A DNA stretch of 62,808 nt, counting the filler, from Nemertoderma westbladi (lineage: Eukaryota; Animalia; Xenacoelomorpha), in the NCBI GenBank assembly GCA_032718475.1. It is 5 parts of 5 records of this genome, joined end to end, with 100 filler letters (N's around TTAATTAATTAA, not from the genome) between each part and the next. Parts side by side here need not be neighbours in the genome. Positions count along the whole stretch, not along the records: positions 1 to 17,572 come from JAUCBJ010004214.1; positions 17,673 to 33,639 come from JAUCBJ010003448.1; 3 more parts are not named here. One strand, written 5' to 3'. The translations under genes were made by a program, and so were the position numbers. The notes beneath the pieces were generated by a model. The model was not told where the DNA came from, ran no database searches, and worked only from the letters and a program-made list of their open reading frames with translations. Below, one piece after another: positions 12,147 to 22,649 of the stretch (the first letter of the stretch is position 1; every line of letters begins with the position of its first letter).

Positions 12147-14765
12147 GGTTCTGTAACCAATACTGTACTTACATTGATTCTGTAACCATTCCTCTAGTTT
12201 GTTCTGTAACCTTTACTCTACTTGGTTCTGTAACCATAACTCTACCTGAACTGGTTCTGTAACCATTACTCTACTTGGTTCTGTAACCATTGCCCTACTT
12301 GGTTCTGTAACCATTACTCTACTTGGTTCTGTAACAATTACTCTACCAGAACTGGTTTTGTAACCATTGCTCTACTTGGTTCTGTAACCATTACTCTACT
12401 TGCACTGGTTATGTAACCATTGCTCTACTAGGTTCTGTAACCATTACTCTACTTGGTTATGTAACCATCACTCTGCCCGAACTGGTTTTGTAACCATTGC
12501 TCTACTTGGTTTTGTAACCATTACTATACTTGGTTCTGTAACCATTACCTTACTTGCATTGGTTATGTAACCATTTCACTACTTGGTTATGTAACCATCA
12601 CTCTACTTGAACTGGTTCTGTAACCATTGCTCTACTTGGATCTGTAACCATTACTCTACTTGGTTCTGTAACAATTACTATACCAGAACTGGTTCTGTAA
12701 CCATTACTCTTCTTGGTTCTGTAACAATTACTCTACAGGAACTGGATCTGTAACCATTACTCTACTTGGTTCTGTAACCATCACTCTGCCCGAACTGGTT
12801 TTGTAACCATTGCTCTACTTGGTTTTGTAACCATTACTATACTTGGTTCTGTAACCATTACCTTACTTGCATTGGTTATGTAACCATTTCTCTACTTGGT
12901 TATGTAACAATCACTCTACTTGAACTGGTTCTGTAACCATTGCTCTACTTGGATCTGTAACCATTACTCTACTTGGTTCTGTAACAATTACTATACCAGA
13001 ACTGGTTCTGTAACCATTACTCTTCTTGGTTCTGTAACAATTACTCTACAGGAACTGGATCTGTAACCATTACTCTACTTGGTTCTGTAGCCATAACTCT
13101 ACCTGAACTGGTTCTGTAACCATTGCTCTACTTGGTTCTGTAACCATTACACTTCTTGCATTGGTTCTGTAACCATTACTCTACTTGGTTCTGTAACAAT
13201 TACTCTACCAGAACTCGTTCCGTAACCATTACTCTACTTGGTTCTGTAACCATTACTCTACTTGGTTCTCTAACCATTGCTCTACTTGGTTCTCTAACCA
13301 TTACTCTACTTGGTTCTGTATCCATCACTCTGCCCGAACTGGTTCTGTAACCATTGCTCTTCTTGGTTTTGTAACCATTACTATACTTGGTTCTGTAACC
13401 ATTACCTTACTTGCATTGGTTATGTAACCATTTCTCTACTTGGTTATGTAACCATCACTCTACTTGAACTGGTTCTGTAACCATTGCTCTACTTGGTTCT
13501 GTAACCATTACCTTACTTGCATTGGTTATGTAACCATTTCTCTACTTGGTTATGTAACCATCACTCTACTTGGTTCTGTAACCATCACTCTGCCCGAACT
13601 GGTTCTGTAACCATTACCTTACTTGCATTGGTTATGTAACCATTTCTCTACTTGGTTATGTAACCATTACTCTACTTGGTTCTGTAACCATTGCTCTACT
13701 TGGTTCTGTAACCATTACACTACTTGGTTCTGTAACAATTACTCTACCAGAACTGGTTTTGTAACCATTGCTCTACTTGGTTCTGTAACCATTACTCTAC
13801 TTGCACTGATTCTGTAACCATTGGTCTTCTTGGTTTTGTAACCATTACTATACTTGGTTCTGTAACCATTACCTTACTTGCATTGGTTATGTAACCATTT
13901 CTCTACTTGGTTATGTAACCATCACTCTACTTGAACTGATTCTGTAACCATTGCTCTACTTGGATCTGTAACCATTACTCAACTTGGTTCTGTAACAATT
14001 ACTCTACCAGAACTGGTTCTGTAACCATTACTCTTCTACTTGGTTCTGTAACAATTACTCTACCAGAACTGGTTCTGTAACCATTACTCTACTTGGTTCT
14101 GTAACCATAACTCTACCTGAACTGGTTCTGTAACCATTGCTCTACTTGGTTCTGTAACCATTACACTTCTTGCATTGGTTCTGTAACCATTACTCTACTT
14201 GGTTCTGTAACCATTACTCTACTTGGTTCTGTATCCATCACTCTGCCCGAACTGGTTCTGTAACCATTGCTCTTCTTGGTTTTGTAACCATTACTATACT
14301 TGGTTCTGTAACCATTACCTTACTTGCATTGGTTATGTAACCATTTCTCTACTTGGCTATGTAACCATCACTCTACTTGAACTGGTTCTGTAACCATTGC
14401 TCTACTTGGATCTGTAACCATTACTCTACTTGGTTCTATAACAATTACTCTACCAGAACTGGTTCTGTAACCATTTCTCTTCTACTTGGTTCTGTAACAA
14501 TTACTCTACCAGAACTGGTTCTGTAACCATTACTCTACTTGGTTCTGTAACCATTACTCTACTTGGTTCTGTAACCATTACTCTACTTGGTTCTGTAACC
14601 ATAACTCTACCTGAACTGGTTCTGTAACCATTGCTCTACTTGGTTCTGTAACCATTACACTTCTTGCATTGGTTCTGTTACCATTACTCTACATGGTTCT
14701 GTTACCATTACTCTACTTGCACTGGTCCTGTTACCATTTCTCTACTTGAATTGGTTCTGTAAACC
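12147..14765. repeat. Satellite with 24-bp and 29-bp units (TTGGTTCTGTAACCATTACTCTAC) and higher-order structure
   Basis: Roughly 100 tandem units; marker CTCTGCCCGA recurs at 12471, 12784, 13328, 13588 and 14241. Confidence 0.95.
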
Positions 14766-15733
14766 TTGCTCACTTGGACAAACCGAATTTCGATTCAATA
14801 AACTATCTGCAGCACCAATTTATTTTCTCACACGAAAATGAGTAAAAAATATCACACGATTGCTAAGGGAACAAACAATTCAAAATCCCTAATTTTAGCT
14901 TTTTGAGAACTAACGTTCTTCACTTATTACATAACTCCATGTCTTTATGTGGTCCTTCGAAGGTTAACCTAATGACTCATTGACACGATTATGTACTGGT
15001 ACTCAATCGTTTTTCTTTCTGAAGACCTACTATAGATTTCATGTACTTTTACTCTTTCGGCCACCGAATGAAGAAATTATTGAATGCCGTTAACCAAACC
15101 GTATACAGTATATGGCCGACTATATGAGGTTATTGACCCTTTACTAACAACAGCTTGAGATAAAGCGAGTACACTGAGTCCGTTCCAGTAGTACATCCGC
15201 TATACCCCCCCCCCCCCCCCCCCCCCAGCGATCTGTGCGGATGTGATAGATCATGTTCCAGATCGGTAGATCATACTGAAATGATTTCTCAGATATTATG
15301 TCTTTATTTATTTTTCTGATATTCTGCACAATCAAGCTAATATTGTTTTACAGTTTGGCATATTCTTTTGAAAACTTTATATATAATTTTGCCTAAATAC
15401 AGCAGTCTGTATGCCGACATACTGTATTAATGTCATAGAATTATTCGAATACATATAAATGTTTGGCACCATGTGGTCAGTTATAGCCTTTGATTCTAAT
15501 TATTGGAAGTTGATTTAATTGCTAGGCGGTTAATCATTCAATCCCTCTCAATTATTAAAATTAAATACAATTAATAACATAAACATTATAATATATATAA
15601 CATAATATAATGATTACATTTTTTTGCTACTAACCTAAAGTTTAATTCTTCTGATTTTCATAAGAAGGTTCGGTTTGCCAGTAGGCCTAGTAACCACCGA
15701 GATTATCTAATTACAATTATTTAACTGTTTGAA

Positions 15734-16119
15734 ATGGGTTCAGTGAAGCCGTTTAGAGATCGCATCCGGGATGGGGATACAATTATTATCGCCGAGGGAT
15801 ATATATTCGCTTTTGAGCGACTCGGGTTGCTACAAATAGGACCGTTTGTTCCCCGGGTCATCCTCGATGATCCAGAACGCGTTCGGACCATGTACCGAGA
15901 TTTCGTGCGATGTGGGAGCGACGTTGTACTCGCGTTCACGTACTACGCTCATCGAACCAAGCTGCAGCTGGTCGGATTAGAAGATCGTTTGGAGGAAATG
16001 AACAGAAAGGCTTTGAAGATGGCGCGTCAAGTTGCGGATGAAACTGGAACGCTAATGGCGGGAAATATTTGTAACACCACTTTAGATCCCAGGAATGAAG
16101 ACGAACGAGTTGAAATTCG
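15734..16119 (+). CDS. BHMT: Betaine/homocysteine S-methyltransferase, exon 1
   Basis: IIAEGYIFAFERLG, GPFVPRV, FVRCGSDVVLAFTYYA, MAGNIC; phase-2 donor CG|GTTGGT at 16120. Confidence 0.85.
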
Positions 16120-16650
16120 GTTGGTTTTTACTTGAGTAGTGTACAGTTAGGTAAGCAAGCATATCTAATATGTATAAATATCTTACACAGGCTTTATAGT
16201 AGTATAGAAATATGGGAATTACAAACTTTGCTGGATACTTGATTATTAGTAGAGCCTACTACTACACAACCAATTTTTGTTTGAGTATTCAGGATTGAAT
16301 CAACAATATAGTTATTTATTTTGTATTATAATTATTAATATTATACTATATCGGCATCCGTGTATGATTATTTCATTAATATTTTTTTTAGCTCAACATC
16401 CCCATATAAAGTATTACGGGTACATAAAATAATACGTATAGCAGATTATTATTATATGTAACTTATAAGTTTCAAGAGGAACAAACATTGGCATACACAA
16501 TTACAGAATAAAAATTAATTCAGTTGAGGCGAGAATGGCAAGAATTGGGCACTGGGGGCAGCTGAGCGCGTGGTATTGGCCGCAAATAGAGTTATAGTAT
16601 CGGCAGTGGCATTCGGGGGAGATTCAATGAATAGTAACATACGGTACACA

Positions 16651-16925
16651 TTCGTGGGGTCTTCGCGCAGCACGAAGTGAGCAAAGCCTTAGCATATAGG
16701 GGCCCCATTAACAAGTTGTCTGTCGTTAGTCAGAAGTCGTCAACCCAATACTCGCCTCCTTCATTTGCCTCGTGGCGTTCGTTCGTTTTTCACCAAACTT
16801 CAGATTCTTTATAAACTTTTTTCGTTTAATTTCGTTATTAGCGATCAAAAATTTACGACGACGACAGACAACTCGTTAATGGCACCCATGTGCTAAGGCT
16901 TCGCTCACTTCGTGGCTCGCCCCAC
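16651..16925. mobile_element. Foldback/MITE-like insertion in BHMT intron 1
   Basis: CACGAAGTGAGCAAAGCCTTAGCA ... TGCTAAGGCTTCGCTCACTTCGTG inverted pair; same terminal motif as the 57777 and 61022 repeats. Confidence 0.65.
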
Positions 16926-17025
16926 GATAAGATAAAGTAAGATAAAGTACCGGAACATAAAGTGATCATCTTTGTCTACTTCGTCATGTTTTCGTCATTC
17001 TAGTTTTGCAGTTATATATTTGTAG

Positions 17026-17281
17026 GAAAATATACCGCGAATCTATAAGTTGGGCTAAAGACGAAGGCGCCGATTTCATTCTATTCGAAACAATTGATTT
17101 TTATGGGGAAGCGATTATTGGATTGGAGGAGATTGAAGCGGCTGGGTTGCCCTCAGTGGTCTGTTTTCCCCGGAATGTAAACGGGCAGATGTTCGATGGC
17201 GGAAATGTCGAAGAATTGCTCATTGAATTGTCAGAGAAGGGAGCGGATGTCGTAGGCTACAATTGCAGAATGGGTCCTTCT
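17026..17281 (+). CDS. BHMT: BHMT-like exon 2; remaining exons not found (contig ends)
   Basis: TTTGTAG acceptor gives an in-frame join EIR-KIYRESISWAKDEGADFILFET; GADVVGYNC contains the Zn-ligand Cys; GTAAGT donor at 17282. Confidence 0.85.
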
Positions 17282-17572
17282 GTAAGTCAATCCTACTTCA
17301 TACCGGTGGGCACTTTAAAGCCTTCGTCTGAGGTTTTTAAATATTGCAAAAAAGGGGGTGAGTACAAAACAAAGACTCAAGGCCTGTACAAAACACGTGT
17401 TAACTTTCGTGTATTGTTTTGGTTCCCCTAACACCCCTAACCTGCTCCTATAATGCTTCTAAATGGCAATGGGACCTAAAGCTCTTTGGGACCTAACGCG
17501 ACTTTATCTCAGTGATTTGTACAGAGGGTCTTGGGTCTTTTGTTTTGTAATTTAATACCCACGCTGTACTGC

Positions 17573-17672
17573 NNNNNNNNNNNNNNNNNNNNNNNNNNNN
17601 NNNNNNNNNNNNNNNNTTAATTAATTAANNNNNNNNNNNNNNNNNNNNNNNNNNNNNNNNNNNNNNNNNNNN
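17573..17672. other. Artificial contig linker (six-frame stop spacer)
   Basis: 44 N + TTAATTAATTAA + 44 N. Confidence 0.98.
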
Positions 17673-18197
17673 GGTCAGTGTTCTCCCCTAACACACAGCC
17701 TATGGTTTAGTACAGTATATCTCTGCCAAGTATTATCAAAAGAGCATTGTAAACAACGAAATGGGAGAATGGATTTCACTGTCAGATATTTCGCCCAGTA
17801 GGTAGTGGCAGACTGGAGAACTGCCAATTGGTTTAGCTCATTCTACACCATTCTAGCTGATTCTATACCATTCTAGGTCATTCGATATTATTCTATGCTC
17901 ATTCTACATTTTAGTACTTTCAGGTATAAAGCCTTACACGATATGAGGTTCAGCTCATCGTGTAGGCCGACAATCCTGTTCTATATAATTTTTCAATTTC
18001 ATAACACATACAGTCTACAGAACTGTAGTTAAAGTACATAATAATTCAATTTCCGAATACAAAAGTAGCCTAGAACTGTATGCAAACAAAATGTATAAAG
18101 GTTTTCCACCAACGCCCTTCTTAAGTAAATTATAACGCTAGGTACGCAACGCATGCTCGTAAGAGAAAGCTCCAGGACACAGCAGTTCACGAGAATT

Positions 18198-18341
18198 CTA
18201 TTCGCGTCGAATATCATGGATTACAAATGGCACGGGTAAGTTCATCTCTTGGTATTCTTGTGCGAGAACGCAGGGCGTGCAGAAGCAGCTCAATGCAAGA
18301 TCCATAATCCATGTTCCAGCTATGCCCTTATCCTTTCGTAC
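18198..18341 (-). CDS. PLAC8/cornifelin-family protein, exon 2 (absent from the ORF track)
   Basis: Acceptor TTTCTTAG, then VRKDKGIAGTWIMDLALSCFCTPCVLAQEYQEM..., the PLAC8 C-terminal CxxCxLxQE motif; phase-0 join to exon 1. Confidence 0.85.
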   Translation of the reverse strand, partial: VRKDKGIAGTWIMDLALSCFCTPCVLAQEYQEMNLPVPFVIHDIRRE

Positions 18342-18651
18342 CTAAGAAATTATATGATATTTTTTAGATATGTTGGGACTAGGCAAAGGAATGCAAGTTT
18401 GCTACTGTAGAGTACTACACTGTAGGGCCACGGTCCAGTCCAAGAGTAGCAAATTTTGAATTCTCTCAGGAACTCAGGAAGCTTCATATAATTTTCTCAA
18501 ATGAAATAACGACAGCCGGCAGCATTTAAACGACTGATATTATGAACAAAAATAAAACTTTAACAAGTGCTCTTGACTCCTTTATTGTTTTGGTTTTAAT
18601 AGTCTGCCACTACTGTATAACATGCTCATTTACCTTAACGTTTGTCGGCTG

Positions 18652-19228
18652 TGCTGCCCTCCTAAGGTAAAACCATGCAACTCAAAAAATCGAGTTTTGA
18701 GAAAAATCAACCTAAAGTTAACGAATCTGCACTAAAACATGTGAATGTCTGTGTGAACATTTTCTACACTAAAGTTTAGTAACATAGTATATTGAAATAC
18801 CTAGAAAGTCTTAGAGCTCCAAACTTAAGCTACAGTAGCTATTTAAAAAATGTATTTTATTTTGATTTTCGAGTTACATGGATTTACCTTACAAATCCTA
18901 ACCAGTTTAATTATATTAGATCATGTAAATTATATAAATTTCAACAGCTGTTCCTAAGCCAAAACAATGTAACTCGCATGAGATACATGGTGTACGCTTA
19001 TAGTTACATGGAGTGTCATTATCACATTAGGGTTACATGGTTCTGCCTTGGCATGCCTTAACAAATACATATAATGTAGTTACATTCTACCCCCTTTTTA
19101 ACCCCTAGTTTAAATGCACTCTATTAAGTTCTACCACCAGATAGAGCTCGCCGTAAGCTTTAAAATGATACCAATATCTCATTTTCGTCAAAATTCAAGT
19201 TACATGGGTCTGCCTTAGGACGGCAGTG
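18652..19228. mobile_element. MITE with ~30-bp TIRs (CACTG-like right end)
   Basis: CTGCCCTCCTAAGGTAAAACCATGCAACT vs reverse complement CTGCCGTCCTAAGGCAGACCCATGTAACT. Confidence 0.65.
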
Positions 19229-19992
19229 TGGTTGGCAGCGGTAGCATATACACCCGCCACACCAAAAGGTTCGGACAATGCTATGTTTCGATTCAAACTC
19301 AAAATATTTTTGTATATTTTAGAAAGTTGCTATGATCCAGCCTATTATACCACAGCATCATAAGGATGTCTTATGTAAATATTTATTTTTTGTGTTCAAG
19401 GAAATTTCTAATGTATATCTAAAACAAAGTGCCCTGAAATCGAAACAATATGTGTTTGAAATTTTGAATAATAATTAATGACCAAGGTAAAGATGATAGG
19501 CCTAATTACGTATATGGGCGAGTTTCCTTCCTTCTATGGGCGAATGTACTACAGTATCTACTGTAGGCTATAATATACTTGTATATAGTTACGGTAAATC
19601 TCTACATAGATACGGGTAACTAAATTCGAAATAAATATTTTGGTTGTATCTTTCGTATAATGAAACGACAAGGTGAACGGATGCTCACACCAAGTCATTA
19701 ATGCGTTTTTCTTGTTTCCTTTGTTCCGGAGCATTAGGCCACTAATGTATCTCCAAACTCCCACGCGTAACGTACAGTTAGGTAAATGTTGTACGTTAAG
19801 CACCTGAGGCAACCCAATGGCTCCTCTCTCTTGGCACCTATAAGGAAGGGAGTGCAACACACTAACTCCAAAGGGTGAACACTCCATTACTATCCAACCC
19901 TTTCTTTTCTCCGCTGGGTTTACATGAATATAATTTAATGATTTGTTTAGTTGTATTATATGAATGAAGCCACTTATATCAACAAAGGTCGA

Positions 19993-20084
19993 AAATAATA
20001 TCAACCCGGGTTGAAAATATTATCAACCCGGGTTGAAAATAATATCAACCCGGGTTGAAATTAATATCAACCCGGGTTGAAAAT
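19993..20084. repeat. 22-bp palindromic minisatellite, left part
   Basis: TATCAACCCGGGTTGAAAATAA units; array continues at 28458 beyond the LTR element. Confidence 0.9.
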
Positions 20085-20752
20085 TGTGACGGGAACCGAC
20101 GGAGTTGGCAGTATCAGCTCCCGACCGGTGTGTGAGTTGTATGCGTCGCCGCGTCCGTGAGCTGAAGCGAGCTGTCGATATGGATATATATTAGGCCGAA
20201 GGCCGTTGAAAATGACTGAGTTCTTGTTATCTGTATTAATAATCGCAGTAAACGATAATAGCACAGTCTGAATATAATAGCATGCAATACAGCGGTTAGT
20301 GACGACGACAACGACGGTCAAAACTGTTCCGGTCTCACAACTGTAAGGAAACCAACTAAACTAATACCGGTAATCAATAATCACAACAGTTATATCATTG
20401 ACACATGTTAAATTACCCCTACACTACAGGGTGGCCTTAATATCCAATAGATGCGCTCTAATCATCCCCAATGTGCTTTCCCACCCACTATTGGCTTAAC
20501 CTGATTAATTCTCACCTCGCCACTCCCTGTTGCCGTTATCACCTCGTGCTAGCCTTACTAGCTTGTTTGTCCCTCTGAGGTGGTTTGACCTCTCACCTCT
20601 CTTTGTGGCTTATGGCGTGTGTCGCCCCCCCACCCCCAGTTGGTTATGAGGTGACATTATTATTGCTAATAATGCACCTCGCCAACTATATTGGTAACAA
20701 TGCCACTAATCCCATTTTCGGTGGATAATGCACGGAATTGAATCCGCTTACA
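20085..20752 (-). repeat. 3' LTR (668 bp, TG...CA)
   Basis: Direct repeat of 27578-28457, apart from the insertion in that copy. Confidence 0.92.
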
Positions 20753-20794
20753 CCCCCCCCCCCCCATGCTATCTTCCCGGTGAGAAGATAGCAT
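20753..20794 (-). other. Polypurine tract (G13) with adjacent 11-bp hairpin
   Basis: C-run 20753-20765 abuts the LTR; ATGCTATCTTC-7 nt-GAAGATAGCAT at 20766-20794. Confidence 0.75.
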
Positions 20795-21261
20795 CAACCT
20801 TAAGTGCACTTCAATTCCGCTGGAATCCAATCTAATATTGGGGGTGGCATTTTCTTCTCGGGGTCGGCTTTCCAGGCCGGCCCACATGGGTCTGTTATCA
20901 CTACCAATCCCTGGTACATCTGCGAGCTAAGCTGTACCAAGGTATCTGGCGTCCCTGGATTAGATGATCGCCCTCACTCCTCACACAATTTTCCTCACGG
21001 ACTTTATTGTCCCTTCCTCTCTTGCCAGTCCCTTGGGACTCATCCCCCTCCTTGCTCGCTCCCCACACTTGAATCTCGCACCTCTTCTACTCCCTCATAT
21101 CCTAACACCTCCTCCCCATACTTTCCCCCATTCCCCCATACTCAACCCCTTTTGTTGTCACTCTCCACACTCTTATCGGGTCCCACGCATGTGTACATCA
21201 TGTCAGTGAGATCCGTATAATGTCTCGTCCTCCTGTTCTAATAAATTAGTCCCCAGTTCCA

Positions 21262-21843
21262 CTAGCTAGTTGGAAAAAGGTTGTACTTGACTATAGTACG
21301 TATATTATATATTATATATTCGTCTACACGACGTGTCTTAATCCCCCACTTGAGTGAATCCACAAGTCCCGCACTGTATTTCTCTCGGAACTTGTTCCAC
21401 TCCATCGGCTTGTGGCATGTGAGTCCCATCAACTGACCCATTGCCACGGCTCCGTATTGTCCCGTGTTGTCCACCAATCCCAATCCCTCTGGTTTCGTCA
21501 TAGCCATGTAGACTACCTGCATGTCCAGAAGATTCGGGGTGTCTGATCCAATAATCCTCTCCGTGTTGCCGCGTATCGCCGATCCAATGTCCATCGTAGT
21601 CTTTGACCTTACCAGCTTCCGCTTCGCATCCGGTAGGCGGATCAACTTTGGCCCGGTCCTCTTATCGTAGGTCGCTAGGTCAAACAGAAAAATATGTTTG
21701 TTCACTGCCGCTAAATGCAGCAATATAGTTCTACTCGACCCTCCTGACCCCTTTCTTGTCCCATCATCATCCTCTACTGTCTCCACGTCATCCGGGACCA
21801 CATATATCCGCCCCTCTCCATGGAATACGATAAACTCCTTCAT
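21262..21843 (-). CDS. Extra ORF of the BEL element: WRN/EXD/RNase D-like DEDDy 3'-5' exonuclease, probably decayed
   Basis: VVPDDVE (ExoI), ILLHLA..IFLFDL, LPDAKRKLV..IGSAIRGN (ExoII position, D to N), NLLDMQ and MGL..K occur in the order recalled for the WRN exonuclease domain. Confidence 0.6.
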   Translation of the reverse strand: MKEFIVFHGEGRIYVVPDDVETVEDDDGTRKGSGGSSRTILLHLAAVNKHIFLFDLATYDKRTGPKLIRLPDAKRKLVRSKTTMDIGSAIRGNTERIIGSDTPNLLDMQVVYMAMTKPEGLGLVDNTGQYGAVAMGQLMGLTCHKPMEWNKFREKYSAGLVDSLKWGIKTRRVDEYIIYNIRTIVKYNLFPTS

Positions 21844-22082
21844 GGTTCCTCCGCCATCACGATTCTCCTCTCTGACCAGACTGGTGTTGCCTTAGAAAGG
21901 CTCAGTAGGGCAAGAGATAACTAAGTATCGTCTTAATTAGTTTAAATCAGTGATGGCCTACCTCCTATCTTGTTCAGACTATTTCGTACAAATATTCCCT
22001 TTATGTGTCAATTTTTTCTTAAATTTTATTACTATTTATATTCCCCCCAACATGTGCTATTATACTTTCTGCCATCTGAGGG

Positions 22083-22398
22083 TACATACCCCCCCTCAAT
22101 TCCTCACATGGCACCCTCAGTGCCCACAAGTTTACGGTACTGTGTACCCCTCAACTACGGTATGCGTTGCGTACATACCCCCCCCCTCAATTCCTCATGT
22201 GGCGCCCCCAGTGCCCACAAGTTTACGGTACTGTGTACCCCTCAACTACGGTATGCGTACATACCCCCCTCAATTCCTCATGTGGCGCCCTCAGTGCCCA
22301 CAAGTTTACGGTACTGTGTACCCCTCAACTACGGCATGCGTACATACCCCCCCTCAATTCCTCATGTGGCGCCCTCAGTGCCCACAAGTTGTGCGTAT
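22083..22398. repeat. 83-89-bp minisatellite (~3.6 copies) between integrase and the extra ORF
   Basis: Units start TACATACCCCCC at 22083, 22172, 22258 and 22341. Confidence 0.92.
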
Positions 22399-22649
22399 GT
22401 AAATTAGGTACGTTGGTACATTATTGTACCCGTCCGATGTATGTAATTGTAACTACCTACACTTGTATATTATGTACGTTGGTATGTCCATACCCATCAG
22501 ACGTACATAATATCCACTATCAACCTTGGTACTAACTACTTATTTTATTATTATTATTTATTTTGTTTATATTTTATTTTGTGTGTGGGAAGGGCGTCTC
22601 GCCCTCATTACCACCCCCCCCCCCCCCCAGTCCAATATATTGGACGACT

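Noticed and set aside
17617-17628. TTAATTAATTAA motif inside N runs (four occurrences)
   Set aside because: Synthetic six-frame-stop linker, not biological.
21950-22535. Three overlapping + strand ORFs inside the BEL element
   Set aside because: They coincide with the 83-89-bp minisatellite, whose unit lengths are not multiples of three.
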